Positions 35,780-48,800 of a stretch of DNA of 64,000 nt are shown piece after piece. The stretch comes from Psilocybe cubensis (taxonomy: Eukaryota), in contig CM039005.1 of the NCBI GenBank assembly GCA_017499595.2, positions 1,054,001-1,118,000 on the forward strand, given 5' to 3'. The notes beneath the pieces are model-generated. The model was not told the DNA's origin. It did not search any database and was given only the letters and a program-made list of their open reading frames with translations. How positions within the stretch are numbered: position 1 is the first letter of the stretch; each line of letters opens with the position of its first letter. A program made the translations under genes and the position numbers.

Positions 35780-37962
35780 ATGGATACACCAAAACGCTCG
35801 GGCTCGTCTGCACCCAGTCCCAACGACGCAAAACGCATAAAACTTACCGTACCTCTGCAAAACCAAGGAGCGTCCCCAGTCGACCCAGAAACAGCGCCTG
35901 GAAAGCGAAGCGAACTCGACCCTTTGCCTTCAGCAGACATTGGCAACCTGCCACCGGCTGAAGCCTCTTCTTCGTCTCTAGGGCCCGAGACAGGCTCGGG
36001 CAAAGTTCGTGTTTTGAGGGATGAAGGGGACGAGGATGAAGGAGGCAATGGACAGGCGGATGCGGACGTGTCGATGGCGGATGGAGGAGACGACGAAGGC
36101 GACTCTGGGGACGACAATGATGAAGAAGACCCTGCCCAGTTGGAAGCGATGCGCTTGAGATTAGAAGAACAAGCGCGCAAGTACCTTGCAGCTCAGACGC
36201 ACGAAATCATCGTTCCCTCGTATTCTGCCTGGTTCGACATGTCCAAGATCCACCCTGTTGAAAGTCGAGCTCTTCCCGAGTTTTTCAATTCGAGGAATCG
36301 GAGTAAAACGCCTGCTATCTACAAGGATTACCGCGACTTTATGATTAACACATACCGATTGCGCCCTACCGAATACCTTACAGTCACCGCCTGTAGAAGA
36401 AACTTGGCCGGGGATGTGTGTGCTATTATGCGTGTGCACGCGTTCTTGGAGCAATGGGGTCTTATCAACTACCAGGTTTGAAAAACTTTTCTTTGCATTC
36501 AGAGGTTATTTACTAATGAACTCGTTCAACAAAGATTGACCCAGAACAGCGACCTGCTGCGCTGTCTCCCCCGTTCACAGGCCACTTCCGCGTCGTTCTA
36601 GATACACCTAGAGGCCTGCAGTCCCTCCATCCCGGGAGACGACCAAATCCTGCTACTGGCGGGGCTCCAAGCATGAATGGAAAAGCCCCCACGGCTTCCT
36701 CTACGCCCGCCTCCCTCGAACTCCGTAATTCGATTTACCAAACCACCGCCAAAGCTTCACGCCCCATTGGGGCTGCGGAAGCCAGCTCTTTGGCGAATGG
36801 TGCATCCGCACCTGTCAAAGCCAACGGCACCGGTTTGCCCTCTGGCAACGTCGCACATACATGCGACACTTGCGGCGCGGATTGCTCGCAAGTCCGGTAC
36901 CACTCGCTCAAGGACAAGAAGTTGGAGATATGCGCTCCTTGTTACCTGGATGGCCGGTTCCCGTCGACGATGTTCAGCGGTGACTTTGTCAAGCTCACTG
37001 CTGCTGCGGGAGCCGTGTCTCAAGGATCGGGAAATAACGACGACTGGTTGGACCAGGAGGTGCTGCTGCTGCTTGAGGGTGTGGAGATGTACGATGATGA
37101 TTGGTCGAAGATTGAAGAACATGTTGGTACCCGCTCGGCACAACAGTGCATTCGCAAATTCCTCGAGCTCCCTATTGAAGATCCGTACCTCAACACGGAA
37201 GGCTCGATGGGTCCTTTGAGGTTCGGCAGAATACCGTTTGAGCAGGCTGATAACCCCGTTATGAGCGTGGTGGCATTTTTGGCTGGTGTTGTCGGTCCTG
37301 GTGTTGCTGCGGAGGCTGCAAAAACCGCATTGCACGAGCTCACGGACAAAAACACGACGTCGACGGTGGAGAATGGAGACCACGAGAATGGCGTGGACAC
37401 CAAGCCTGCTGCTACTGATGACCGGATGGACGAAGACGCTAAGGAAGAATCGGTGGCTCCTGGTGCTGGTGCTAGCACGGCGGGAACTCCCGCTCCTGAA
37501 GGGGCTCAAAAACCCAAGACGACCGTTCCGCATTCAAAGGTTGTACGTGCAGCTAACCTTGCTCTCAAGTCTTCTGCCAAAGCCGCCCAAGCTCTTGCTG
37601 ATGCCGAAGACACTCAAATCAAAAGCTCGCTTGCGCAACTCATCAAACTGACCCTGACAAAGCTGGAGCTCAAGATGTCACAATTCGAAGAGTTGGAGGA
37701 TATTCTTGAGGAAGAACGCAAGGCTTTGGAGAGCGCTCGGATGGGGTTGGTGAATGAACGGATTGGGTTGAAGAAGATGTTGGATACCGTTCGAGCTGAG
37801 ATTGCGAGGAGTGGTATTACCCCTGGTGTCGTCAATGCCATCAACCAAAACCAGGTTATGGGGACGACTGGACAGGGGACTGTCATTTCAGCGGTCAACA
37901 GCTCAAGCGCCCAGAGCAATGTTGGTCCTATACCAGACGGAACGACACTCCAGCTCAGTTAG
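35780..37962 (+). CDS. RSC8: SWI/SNF-RSC chromatin-remodelling core subunit (Rsc8/Swi3/Ssr1, SMARCC family)
   Basis: SWIRM domain ([10 protein letters not shown]...LPEFF...[11 protein letters not shown]...[15 protein letters not shown]), ZZ-like CxxC...CxxC, SANT domain ([30 protein letters not shown]), [16 protein letters not shown] and a C-terminal coiled coil; one intron at ~36476-36533. Confidence 0.95.
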
Positions 37963-38665
37963 ATCGGGACAAGAGGCTCTCGACTTTGGCGTTACAGTCC
38001 GTTCTGTCTGGATATATTCTGTTTTTTTTTTGTTATATTTGCTGAATGCTGCTAGGTATTAGACCTTTTGCCGTGTGTGTAAAAAAAAACTACCCTCTTG
38101 AATCCCGTTAATCGTCTACTTGTGTTTTGTTTTTTCTTTTGATCTCTTTTCTCTCCGATATTTTCATTCGTGTATTGTTTCTCCTATACTAAATATTATT
38201 TCTCCTGTATACATTCTTGAAGGTTTTTTTCAACCTTTGTGTGGTAGCCTGGCATGTAAGGTGAGCGAGCTGTTTTGGGATATGGACCCGGATCAACTGA
38301 GTCTAAAATACCACGCAGGTCTGAAATTAGAGTGTACATCTCCACCTTCTTTCCCACCGGCGCCCACTGTAATTCAGAGAGCAGCTGCCATGCGCACATT
38401 GATTTCTTCGGATTTTTTTCTACTAGTGCTCTTATGACTTTGAATCCTCGTGGTAAACGCTTTCCTCGAAGGTTTGATCACGATGCCAGCCTAAAAACAC
38501 CCGGCACGATTATTTCCCTTCGCCTGGAGAAAAGCAGACGGCAATCGAGATCATTTGGAAAGTATGGTGTATGGTCTACGTAAAAAAATTAAACTATAGG
38601 GACAAAAGATGCCTTTCGAGCATGTCTACAAATGGGGAGCTATAAGGCAGACAGTGAAAAATAAG

Positions 38666-41175
38666 CTACTTAGCCATGCTGATGATCATTGGCATAGTAG
38701 GTATCACACTATCAGGGTCCACGTTTGGTGTGGATATAGCAAACATTTGCCAAATAATCGGCTGTTTGCTGAGCGAAAATTCAAGATTTTCCAATAGTAA
38801 AGTGAGGACGACCTCTGAAGGATTTGTCAGAAAAGAAGGATACATATTTTGACCGCAGGGTACGTACTCATTTCAAGTTGTGAAAATTTGAATCCACTAG
38901 CGTATAATTTCAGTATCCTTGAAAAATATCATAAACAGAGATACTCACAGACAGGACCGGCCGCCTCCAAGGAATGTCATCCTACAGAAGGAGTGCCCCA
39001 GGATTAACGCTGGATAAGCCAGACTACAATTATAACTTTACTTACAAATGCGAGTATATTCCAGGCACATGGGCTTCGACCAAAGCTTCGGGAAGGGGGT
39101 TTAACCATCTCTCGGGTTTCCATTCAAGTGCGTCAGGACCCCATAAATCCGGATCTCTGTTGGCAGCTAGAAGTGAAACGCTGACATTGGTGCCTTTTGG
39201 AACAGGTATTTCCCGAATTTCTTCGCCATTTAAACCTCTGATGGGCTTAGATAAAGGAAGAATTACGTCTTCATTGGCCCTGCGAGTATCTGAGTAACAG
39301 TACATTCTCAAAATATAGCCAAACTTACTCTCTGGGAACCCATGAAATCGGGGGATAGCTAGAGTTGGCGACGAATCAGAGTTTGCTCACGTTCAATAGG
39401 CGCGCATACGTACAGCCGGAGTGTTTCTCTGCATACAGCGTCCAGGTAGGGTAGTGTGGCCAATTCGTCATAGCCAATGTCTTGTCCGCCATTCTCCCGT
39501 CTCGCTTCTCTAATTTCTTCCCTGACTCTGTCTTGTGCATCTTTGTGGATAGCCAATTGGTGAAGAATACGAGACAGAGCCCCGGAAGTAGTATCAGTGG
39601 CAGCAAACGTCAACGACCTACAAACGAAATGTCGTTAAAGCACGCAGGATAATGAGGTTGAAACTCGTACGTGATTTGTGCCAACACTTCCTCGTCAGAG
39701 AGCTTGTCTTCATCTGACGCCAGAACGTTTCTTTTCACTGGAAAGAGGGTCAATAAATGCAGGAGAAATAAAATAGAACACCCACTCAAGATGCTGATAA
39801 TATCCTTTCCTCTACCAACCTGGTTCTGCACGGCTTCATCTCCCTCAGCTAGTGCCTTTTTCTTAGTTTCGAAAATGAGCGTTGAGGTATCGTGTAACAC
39901 ATTCACGATCTCTTTCATGCCAGCAATTGCCTCAAAGGGCATCAAATCAACCAAAAATTTACGGAACGCAGGTGTGCCAATTCTGGTGAGCCTAGGCATG
40001 ACCCAATCTCGGACAAATTCGTCCCCTTGCATGGTGCTATACCATACCAAATAATTTTGAGTATCTAGAAGGCCACATACGTCTGAGATGATCACTCACA
40101 CAAGTTTCTTCGACATCAATCCATATTTATGTTGAGGGCTGGTTTCGGTTAATTCGTCGAAAGAGTAACCCAGACCACTTTGACCAATAAGTTCCAACGC
40201 CAATCGTGTCATCCAATTGACAACGTCCACCTGGGGAGGTGAGTATATCATGGACGAAGTAGAGTGTAGAAACAAGTACCTCTTGTGGCCCGTTCTGAAC
40301 TTTGTTGAGGAAGACGTCTTTTACCTAGAAAATGGGTTGGTTAGCCAATGTTGTGGGTTTGGTGGTAAGAGATATATTTGCCTTGTGCGCGACCTCATAA
40401 AATATAGGAACTTCGTGATGACAATGAACGTCTAAACGAACGCATCACGCGAGAGAAAAGTATGCGTACCCATTTGTCGCATATGAGCACTTGAAAAGAC
40501 AGGGTTCAACATCCTCCTATGACGCCTGTGTTCGTCACCTGGAAAAAGGGAGATATAAGCCATAGTTCGTCACATTCGAAATTGCAGAGCACCAACCTAG
40601 CGAGGTGAATATGCCATGTCCAAACATAATTTTATTTCCTCTTCAAGTAGAGATTAAACAAAGAACAACAAAGCAAGAGGGATTAAAGATCTTACTCTAT
40701 GAAAGAATCTGTTTCTTCATAGATGTTGTAGTCCTTGACGTCCGTGGCATCGTTAAATGAGAAACTAGGGTGGGGCGAGTCCTACACACCTTGACTAAAA
40801 CATGGTACATGGCCTTCTGATCAAACACGAGGAGCCTATCTGACTGCCATGCTCCTTTCAGACGAACAACCTTGCCAACTTGATAATGATCGTCAAGAGA
40901 AAGTTTAGCGAAGATGCGGGCGCTTACATGTATCGGCAAGGTTCTGGTGATAATCCCATCCTTTATGATTCCGCACATAATTCAGAGAGCCTAGATGAGT
41001 CCAAAAAATGTGAGTGCATGAATGAGAAAATCTGACTTTAGGGTTGACCTGCAATCCAAGACTCGCCAGGAGGTCCTGGAACATTTTCTAGTACTGTTGG
41101 ATAGAGACGCCGCCTAAGGAAACCCAAAGAGATCCATAGAAGTGCAAGAGCGGATAATACCTGTAGGACAGCCAT
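38666..41175 (-). CDS. Cytochrome P450 (CYP5150-like family)
   Basis: MAVLQVLSAL anchor, PGPPGESW, WMTRLALELIGQSGLG, I-helix TFAATDTTS, ETLRL, WKPERW and heme motif TFLGGGRSC|LGFKFSQLEM; TAG at 38666-38668. Confidence 0.92.
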
Positions 41176-42309
41176 GTCCGTCAAGAAGGTAATGAACGCC
41201 TCAGAATTCCAAGAGTGTGCTTTATATCAAGTCCATATTAAGAAAACTACATGTATGCCTGCTGTAAGCAAACGGAACCCAGTATTGGACAACCCGGGTC
41301 TGCTCCCGGTGAGGCCAGAAGGGTTTCCGATTCGATAAACAGAACTTGCATATCCAATAAGAATGAAGAGAATGTTTGTATAATTGTTGCGAGCGAAGCG
41401 GGTAACTTTCTCTAGTTGGAAGCGGGCAACTTTCTCTAGGGGCCCTAAGTTGGTGTCGGTGGTTGGGTGAAAACCGTGTACAAATAAAGCCAAATTTTAC
41501 GAAATATTGTCTCCAGAGTCCGGCTCCACCAAAAGATCCACCGTATTGGCATTGGTATTGCTCATCATACTGCTCCTTCAACGTTTCTCTAAACTCTCTG
41601 AAAATGGCTGGATACATATTACAGTATAAGTGATGTCGGCCATGTATTCCGGATGAAGCTACATTGTTGATGTTCGATCATATACAGATCTATACACTGG
41701 ATTCAAGTGACTTCAAGCCATGCTTGTTGACGAGCTATTTTTCCGCCATTTTCTGTAGCCCTTGTGAATATGGCAAATGCCGCTTCTTCGAACTATGGAC
41801 GGGAAAAAGTGGGCAAGGCAGAAGGGTGTAAAAATATGACGTCTGTAACACAAGCTCTCTCGCCACGTTGGATTTAGGGGTGCCGATCCCTCCCAACACT
41901 CTTAATCACTGATGCGGCTACCTTGATGTCTTCACATTGACAAAAGTGCGCAATAGTGAATAAATTATTGGGGGTGAGCCGAACCATTCATTCTCCCCAA
42001 TAGGTTGATTATACTCAGGAAGCAGTGGAGTTTATTTACGGAGCACTTCCTAGTAGTTCTGTTCGACCTGGCACATGATGTACATTGTGCATTGTGCCAC
42101 ATGTAAGCTAGTCAACGTCCATTACTTCTTCCCAGTGAAGCACCTTGCTCACTATAATACTTTAAAACCTGACGTGGGACGGCTTCGGGAGAGCATGATC
42201 ATCATGCACGTTATGCTAGGGGTTCTTAACGGTGAGATTGGATAAATAGGCTGCAATATCGCGGACCTCCCTTGTCGACTCCCACCCTGCGACACAGTGA
42301 CGTTTGAAG

Positions 42310-45129
42310 ATGCTGTTTTTGACGCGTATCGCGTATTTTCTTACTTTGGTGTTAATTGGGTATGCTAGCATCGTGAGTGATATACTCAATGCTCTTGAGC
42401 ACGCCGTCGATTGTGGCTCTTGTCATACTCTGCTCGGCGTACTGCAAGGCGTCGCTCTTCTGGGCGACAGCATTTTTTCATCTGCACTAGTATCCGTTTG
42501 TGAGGCCGCTGGGGTAAGTAACCGCCGACGTAATATTTAGTTCATGCATATTGACGAGATTTCAAGGTCGAAGATGATGATGTTTGTCAGGGACTTTTGA
42601 CTGAACAGGGACCCATCATAGCCCATGACTTACGTTCCATCTCATCTACGGGTCAGACGGCCAGCAAACTCTGCAATGCAGTCCTTGGTCTGTGCCAAGA
42701 CCCTGCTGTCAACGCTTTCACTGTTCCATTCCCAAAGGCTGCTCCGATCAATCCCAAAGTCTTCACCTCGACCGGTAAACCGCCGTTCCAAGTGGCCCAT
42801 TTCAGTGATGCCCACATTGACAGAATGTACACGGTAAGAACCGCAAATTGGCTTTACACAGAGCTTACCGATTATCTTTTTGATAGACAGGGGCGGATTC
42901 GAATTGTACGAAACCAATCTGTTGCAGGAATTTTGCAGACCAGACTGGGCCTGTCCAAATCCCCGCTGGTCCTTCCGGAAGTTTAAATTGTGATACACCT
43001 ACTACCCTTGTACAATCCATGCTGCGTGCTGTAGCGGCGGAGAATACACAATTCTCTATTTTTACTGGTGATGTGGTGGAAGGTTTGATTGGTATTTCGA
43101 TGGTGCATATGTCCTGTCTGACGGTTTCACTCTAGCTGCTGTTTGGCTTGTTGACCAAACGTAAGGATCCGGCCCTTTAAAGTGATCGAGTTTAATTTAC
43201 ACAAGTCTGTTTTCTAGGGAAAATACATCCGATATGCAGCAGTTTAACACTGAGATGCAGACTCTTCTCAACTCCCCAGTTTTCCCTGCAATAGGTGAGT
43301 GGGTTGCATATTGTACACACTATGTTCGTTAGATTTATGTACCGTCATAGGTAACCAGTGAGTATATTGTTAAAGCTATCTAGGTGTCACCGTCATTCTG
43401 ACTGTAATTTAACAGCGAAGCTGCCCCTGTTAATGCATTCCCAAGGAACACAACAAATCAAGGTCAGGTTCAGTGGGTTTTCGATACACAGAGTCAAGGG
43501 TGGAATGTAGGTATCTGTTTACACGCTTTATTTATTTGTTCTTAGGTTGTACAATGTAAGCCTTTCATCAGCACTGCTGCTGCCTCCCAAGTCCAGCATA
43601 TGTCGGGCAGCTACTCGGTCAACCCTGTTAATACGAACCTTCGGTGATATTTTAACCATTGTTTCTAGTTGTTGCACTTGCTCAATCTGGCGTTAGAATT
43701 ATATCGTTAAACACGATATACTGGTATAAAGACAAGTGTGTATTATGCCTCAGCAATGTTTGTCTTCAGTCACTGTTTCTGACTGGGATAATCAGCTTTT
43801 ACCTGTTTGACAGTGATAAATTCCAGTGAGTATCTACTGCGTCTGTGTCAATTTCCCTGTATTCAATTGATGTCTGAAGGCCTGATCCGAATGGAATCAT
43901 TGCCTTTGCTGTTCAAGAGCTTCAAGCGGCTGAAGACGCTGGCCAGCGAGCGTGGATTATTGCTCACATGCCACCCAGCGGAGGCGATGCCTTGCACGAT
44001 CAAGTTAGTCTGCGCTAACAACCTGTCTCGGTCATTCCGTACAAATGTCTGACGACTACCGACTTATCAGTCCAACTACTTCGATCAGGTAGTGCAGAGA
44101 TATAAAAATACGATTGCTGGATTGTTTTTCGGGCATACTCACAAGGTTTGTACTTTGTTCGTTCGATACGGCACCTCTTATCTTTTGCACTCAAGGACGA
44201 GTTTGCCATCGGATACTCCAACTATAACAACCAGACAGCTGATACAGCCGACGCAATTGCCTGGATTGGACCCTCACTGACTCCTCGTCGTAAGTGGCTC
44301 TTCTTTTTTCCTGCTCAAATTTAACCAGCGATAAGCAGAGGCCAACCCGACATTCAGACTTTACGATGTAGATCCTGACACATACGAGATAATGGACTCA
44401 CGAACGTTTATGAGTAGGTATTCTCACAGTAGCGCGGCGAAGTCGTCTGTTCTGACACCGAGATTGTCTCTAGGCGATATGTCTGATCCCTCGTTCCAAT
44501 CCTCGCGTAAGTCTTATTTATATACCTATTTGTACCTCATAAATAGCCTCGATTCAAATTTATTGCGGTGTTTATAGCCATTTGGAAGCAGGAGTATAGC
44601 GCGCGGGATACATATGGCCCTGCTATCGGTGGTTGGCCAGCGACGCAATCATTAAATCCAACTTTTTGGCATAAAGTCACCGAAGCATTCGTTTCTAACG
44701 ACGAGTTATTCCAAACCTTCAATTCGCTCAAAACACGCGGTGTAGGGGTTTCAGAGTGTACAGGTGATTGCAAAACCACTACTATTTGTAATCTTAGGGC
44801 ACTGCGGGCGGAGAACAATTGTGTCAGTCGCTATCTTGTTGATACGAAACCTTATCTTATGAAAACTGAACCTTGTTTTGAAGATTGCTGCAACCCCGGG
44901 CATCAATTTCCGAAGAGCAGAGGAAAAGGTTGATGCTAGCCAGCGCGGACATATTGACCATTGCGAGGGGATAGGCTTACGGACAATATTTGAGAACATT
45001 GCCCTGAAAACGGTAGCTGGCCACAATCTTACTGTCGATGGGTTACTGACAAACAGTTTTAAGAGAACGATGGATCCAGAATCACTTATAAAGAGGGCAC
45101 ATGATGCTTTTTCAAAACGTGTAAGCTAG
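42310..45129 (+). CDS. Secreted acid sphingomyelinase-like phosphodiesterase (saposin B + metallophosphoesterase)
   Basis: Signal peptide, saposin-type Cys pattern (DCGSC...VC...VC...LC...LC) and metallophosphoesterase motifs HFSDAHID, FTGDVVE, GNHE, WIIAHMPP and FFGHTHKD; many introns. Confidence 0.92.
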
Positions 45130-45846
45130 TAATGACTCTATGCTATAACTTTAACTAAATCTTAGTCCTACATAGTGATAAATGCATACTGACAGAATCT
45201 ACAATACATGTCCTCTAAGGGTGAACTTGGAGTGAGGCTTGTGGAAGTTGAATAAACAAATACTTATTCTCAGTTTACATCTTCATTTATATGATGATAA
45301 CTACAAGTAACATGGTGTATTCTATTAACCCTTGATGGTGCATGGGCCTGCATTGGCCTGCATGAGAAAGTAGCCAACGAATTGTATATTTTTAGACACC
45401 GCTAAGCAATCTATTTTAAGGAGTTTGATGACACACATCATTTCATTTTGCAGTCAGGTGTCGCACGTCACTACTTTATACCTTGCTCCACAACAAGATG
45501 CGATAAACAAAATGTTGTTATCAATGTGTGCTTATCGCTTTGCACCCTGTGCGTCTATATCATCATGTCGCTGAAAAATCAATCTGTATTTAAAGCAGAA
45601 GGGATTGTTTTTCTTTGGAGGTGCAGTGTGTTGATCTTAGTCTTGGACTTTGTTGCCATGTGGGACGGGATCGGCTAAATTTGACGATCTTTGTCAGCCA
45701 ATGTGATTGGTTCAACTAGCCGATAGCTCTGACTCCCAGTCATCTCGGTACCTCCTCGGTACCTACAAGTTGTGCTCTCAATTCATACCATTTGGTACAA
45801 AAATCTGAGGTCAGGGACATTCTAGTGATTCTAGTCTGTCTACGGC

Positions 45847-48800
45847 ATGCTTCCGTACCAGCTTCCTATTGCTATCGTGCTGGCTGTCAGCACGGCAGCG
45901 AGTCTCATAGTTTTCTTCCTCTCTAGAACTCAAGAGGGCAAAATCAAGCTTTCAAACGATGACGCTGCAGACAATGAAATCTATCAACACGATGCATTTG
46001 ACGTAACGAGACCTGAAGACATCCTGGATGGATTCCCTATTGAAGAAGAGCAATTCTGGAGACGGGTACGTTCCAAGGTCTGTGGGACCTTTTTTTTGTT
46101 GATTTTTGGCCATTAGATGCGATTGAGAAAAGCCATTTTATCGTTGTTCCTTGCATTCGCGCTTGCATTAAGTACGGTATCACTTGGGTGGTCCATTGCC
46201 AGCAACAACGTAAATGACACAGCAATTTATTCCCTGCATGTTTGCTTCGATTTATTCACCTTCCTCGTTGCGGCACGGTCAATTGCTCAGAGCACAACCG
46301 AATACCATTCAGAGTCCATCATTCACCTTACCGTCTTGTTGACCATTGCTTTCTCCTTGCTGGGAGTTGCAGCTATCTTGCCAGATACTCCTTCACCGGT
46401 CGCCGCAGTTATAAGAGATGAAAACCGGGTGATCCTGTATCTGTGGTACGCTTTGGTGGCAATTTATGGCGTTGCTTGTGGCATCTGCTATACTACACCT
46501 CTTGGACCTCCACTTCACTACCCACCGTCCGACATTTATTCCGAGAAGACGGTCCAATCCATTACTAACAAGGACGAGGAGAACGTCTGTGGTATTATTA
46601 GTATGTCTCCATTTCTTTTTTAAAGATGATGAGTTCCTCAAGAGATATTTGCAGATGGTTCTCCTTGGGACATTTTACTATTTTCATACACTACAAAAGT
46701 CGTTTGGTTAGGAAACATTGCTGCGAGTCTGGACATCGGAGATTTGCCAATCGTTCCTGCCAATATGAGGTCAACAGTCAACTACGCGCGGATGAGGAAG
46801 GCCACCCGCGAACTCAAAATGCGGATTTTTTCTTGGAAACCGAAGCCTGGTAGTGGCTGGTTACTCGGATATCAACTTATTCGCCTTAACTACATCCCCT
46901 TTACAGCAGAGTTTCTGCTTGCTGCAGTATCTGCAGTACTGTTTTACGCTCCTCCCCTTTTCTTGCAGAAGCTTGTCGCTTTCCTTGAAGTAGATCCAAC
47001 TAGAGAAAACAAGGGATGGGGCTGGGTTTATGTCATTGGAATCTTCTCTGCCAACGCTATTTCTTTCCTGAGTAAGTTATGATTCTGTTGCTAGTTCATG
47101 TTTTTGCTCATTCAACATTCAGTTACCGGTCAATTATGGTCACTCTCAACAACTCTGATCCAAGTCCGTCTTAGAATTCAACTCAATTCAACGTTATACG
47201 CGAAGACCCTCATCCGAAAAGATGTTGCTTCCAATGCTACAACGCCGCCAACGACTACAGACGTCGCAGATGGTGAAAACGCCAAACCCGCAGAGGTTGT
47301 AGAGAAATCGGACGAAGACGACTTTTCCAGCAAAGCTCAAATTATGACATTGATGACTACCGATGTTGATAGAGTTAGTGATTTTGCGTGGCATGTCTTC
47401 TCGCTCGTCGGTCAGTCTGGTTTTTATTTCGCGTGTGTATACCTGACATAACAAACATGGTGTTATAGATGCTCCGATTGAAATCGTAATCGGAACATGG
47501 TTCTTGTATAATCTTCTTGGTACATGGTTTTGCTACCTCAGCTTTTTTCGCGTCTGATCTTTGTACTAGGTGTATCTTGCTTCTTTGGCCTTGCTGTAAC
47601 ATGTCTATTCCTTCCTATGAATCATTATGCTGGAAAGGTTGTCGTTGGTAAGTCCTATCTCCCATCATGATAAATCCAAGTCTAAATAATGTTGCAGGCG
47701 CTCAAGAAAACTTGATGAAAGCCCGAGACGAGAGAGTTGGTCTTATGAACGAGGTCAGTATCAATCTGCTAACATCGGTCTCCTTTTATTAAACACCCTT
47801 TTCAGATCCTAGGAGGAATTCGGATGATCAAGGTAACATTGATTGCTTCCTGAAACGTCTTTGATATTAATATACACGTGGCAGTTCATGGGCTGGGAAC
47901 GCAGCTTCGAGAAACGAGTTCTCGGTATTCGCGCAAAAGAGCTCAAATATCAGAAATTGAACTACACTATTGAGGTACGTAACATATCAACCATTCTTGA
48001 CAGCGTTTAACGAAACTCTTGCAGACTCTCTGGAACGCCATTTGGTATGTAAGAATGTTTTTATGAGATACAATCGGGTCTTATTCGTATATTACAGGAA
48101 TGGATCACCTATTCTAGTCACCTTGGTTTCTTTCTGGCACTATGCGATTTACAGGAAGGAAGCATTGACACCCTCCATCGCCTTTACGTCCATCCTTGGT
48201 CTGTCCCCTTTGGTCGATTTGATCATGATAACATTCTCAACCCCGCAATAGTTTTCTCTGAAATGAAGTTTGCTCTCAGTGCGCTGCCAGAGACCTTCAT
48301 CAACATGCTTCAGGTACGCGGAGTTCTGTTTGTTCTATTAAAAGTTATGCTTAATGTTTTATCAGAGCTTTGTGTCTCTTCGTCGAATTGAAAAATACCT
48401 GAATAGTGCCGAGGTCAAACGTGTTCCACCCCTCGACCAACAATCGAAAAAGGTTGCTTTCCAGTCATGCACGGTAACATGGCCACAGGATCGAGCAGCG
48501 AGTAGTCTGGCTTCATCAGTCGCTCCTACTCCCAAAAACAAGTTTTTGCTTGTCGATCTCTCTCTGAATTTCCCTCAGGGAGAAATTTCCCTGATTTGCG
48601 GGAAGTTGGGGTCTGGAAAGAGTTTACTGCTCCTTGGTATGTCGTCCGCTGTTTGATACATGTGTGATCTTTCTTATCTTTCCTTGTTTCATAGCCTTGC
48701 TTGGAGAAGCAGATATCTTAGCCGGACAAGTACTTTGCCCTCAGTCTCCTCCAGATTCGTTGGCTTCGTTCTCAAATGTCAAACCGAGCCCAGAAGATTG

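Noticed and set aside
36757..37533. 258-aa antisense ORF
   Set aside because: Antisense shadow of the conserved RSC8-like CDS; no recognisable motifs.
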